From the sequence record JX128259: a stretch of DNA of 64,000 nt, one strand, 5' to 3'. Shown in pieces: positions 63,063-64,000 of this stretch (position 1 is its first letter; every line of letters begins with the position of its first letter). The notes beneath the pieces were generated by a model, which did not search any database, had not been told where the DNA came from, and saw only the letters and a program-made list of their open reading frames with translations. Origin of the DNA: Escherichia phage ECML-134. A program made the position numbers and the translations under genes.

Positions 63063-64000
63063 TATTTAAATTGTTCAGTAACGTCTTCAACTACTTCGTA
63101 TTGGCAGGTACGCATTTTAGCATCGTTGTAATCAATCGGAATTGATACTACATCACGCGGATGTACTTTAACTTTTACAACTCGGCTAGTTGAACTACCA
63201 AAGTGACGAATATAAGATTTAGAACACACATGCAGACCGCGAGAACAAGTCTGTGTATCATCGTCATTCACACGAGTACGCGGCATTTTAACTACTTTAC
63301 CCGGACTGTTATCAAAGGTATTTGAGTGACAGTCAAAGTAATTACTACGAACTACTTTCCAAGCATAGAAGTAACCATCTTCTGTAATTTCAATATCGTT
63401 TGCTACCAAGAAATCAAAAAGTCGAGATACCGCTTTCTGGCTTGGGTTTTCCAGCAGATTTTCCAAGAACGGAAAATAAAATTCAAAGTTTTCGCCTTTT
63501 TCCATCGAGTCAAGAATACGATCAACTAAACCGGACCGCAATTCGATATTTTGATAGAACAAGCTTCCACCTTCAATTCGAACATCGCCGGAAATATATT
63601 TTTCAACAGCGCGACGAACATTAATTTTTTGTGCCGCTTCTTCCAACTTATCCGCTACAAGCAGATTAAGAATTTCCTGGAAGTTTGAATGAGTATTAGG
63701 AGTTGCGTTATAAGTTACACCGTCAACAGTAATTGAAATGAATTTTTTAGATGCATTCCAAATAATGTCAGATTTAGCAACTGGAGCAATAACTGCATCG
63801 CTATTAACTTTAACTGTAATATCGCCGCTAATAGTAACTTTAGGTCGTTTAGCTTCTTCAGCATTTTTCAAAACACGACGGATTGTGTCAACCGATACAC
63901 CTTGCCAATCAGCCAATTCCTGTTGGGTGTAATTACCACTTGAATACAGTTTAACAATTTCAGCTTGTTCGTTTTTGGTCAGGCATTTAATATTGTACAT
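63062..64000 (-). CDS. rIIB: RIIB membrane-associated protein (start codon is the last 3 nt of the window)
   Basis: 312 aa, T4 length and position; N-terminal helix-turn-helix-like region. Confidence 0.9.
   Translation of the reverse strand: MYNIKCLTKNEQAEIVKLYSSGNYTQQELADWQGVSVDTIRRVLKNAEEAKRPKVTISGDITVKVNSDAVIAPVAKSDIIWNASKKFISITVDGVTYNATPNTHSNFQEILNLLVADKLEEAAQKINVRRAVEKYISGDVRIEGGSLFYQNIELRSGLVDRILDSMEKGENFEFYFPFLENLLENPSQKAVSRLFDFLVANDIEITEDGYFYAWKVVRSNYFDCHSNTFDNSPGKVVKMPRTRVNDDDTQTCSRGLHVCSKSYIRHFGSSTSRVVKVKVHPRDVVSIPIDYNDAKMRTCQYEVVEDVTEQFK

Overview
This window is a densely coded 64 kb segment of a T4-like (T-even, Tequatrovirus-type) myovirus genome, running from inside the major capsid gene 23 to the start codon of rIIB. 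Gene order and protein lengths track phage T4 almost gene for gene: 23-segD-24-rnlB-hoc-inh-segE-uvsW-uvsY-25-26-51-27-28-29-48-54-alt-30-rIII-31-cd-pseT-alc-rnlA-denA-nrdB-nrdA-td(intron with I-TevI)-frd-32-59-33-dsbA-rnh-34-35-36-37-38-t-asiA-arn-motA-52-ndd-denB-rIIB. Late genes (head, baseplate, tail fibre, holin) are on the + strand and early/middle genes on the - strand, with recognisable TATAAATA late promoters, TTTACA-N17-TAnnAT early promoters and GC-hairpin terminators. No rRNA, tRNA or CRISPR array was found. All identifications are from reading the ORF translations and sequence by eye against recalled T4 family knowledge; no database search was run. The window departs from my recollection of the T4 reference in four ways: (1) hoc is interrupted by an in-frame TAG at the position where T4 has a Trp codon, with the C-terminal domain still intact downstream; (2) an extra ORF of about 115 aa sits between frd and td, which overlap in T4; (3) nrdB is uninterrupted while td still carries its 1016-nt group I intron; (4) the distal tail-fibre tip is T2/T6-type, i.e. 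gp37 ending in an apparent self-cleaving chaperone module plus a glycine-rich gp38 adhesin, rather than the T4-type arrangement. Other points worth a second look are a NADAR/YbiA-like protein next to the ADP-ribosyltransferase alt, tandem paralogous small membrane-peptide genes near ndd, and repeated promoter/terminator cassettes. I did not find a clearly novel multi-gene system.
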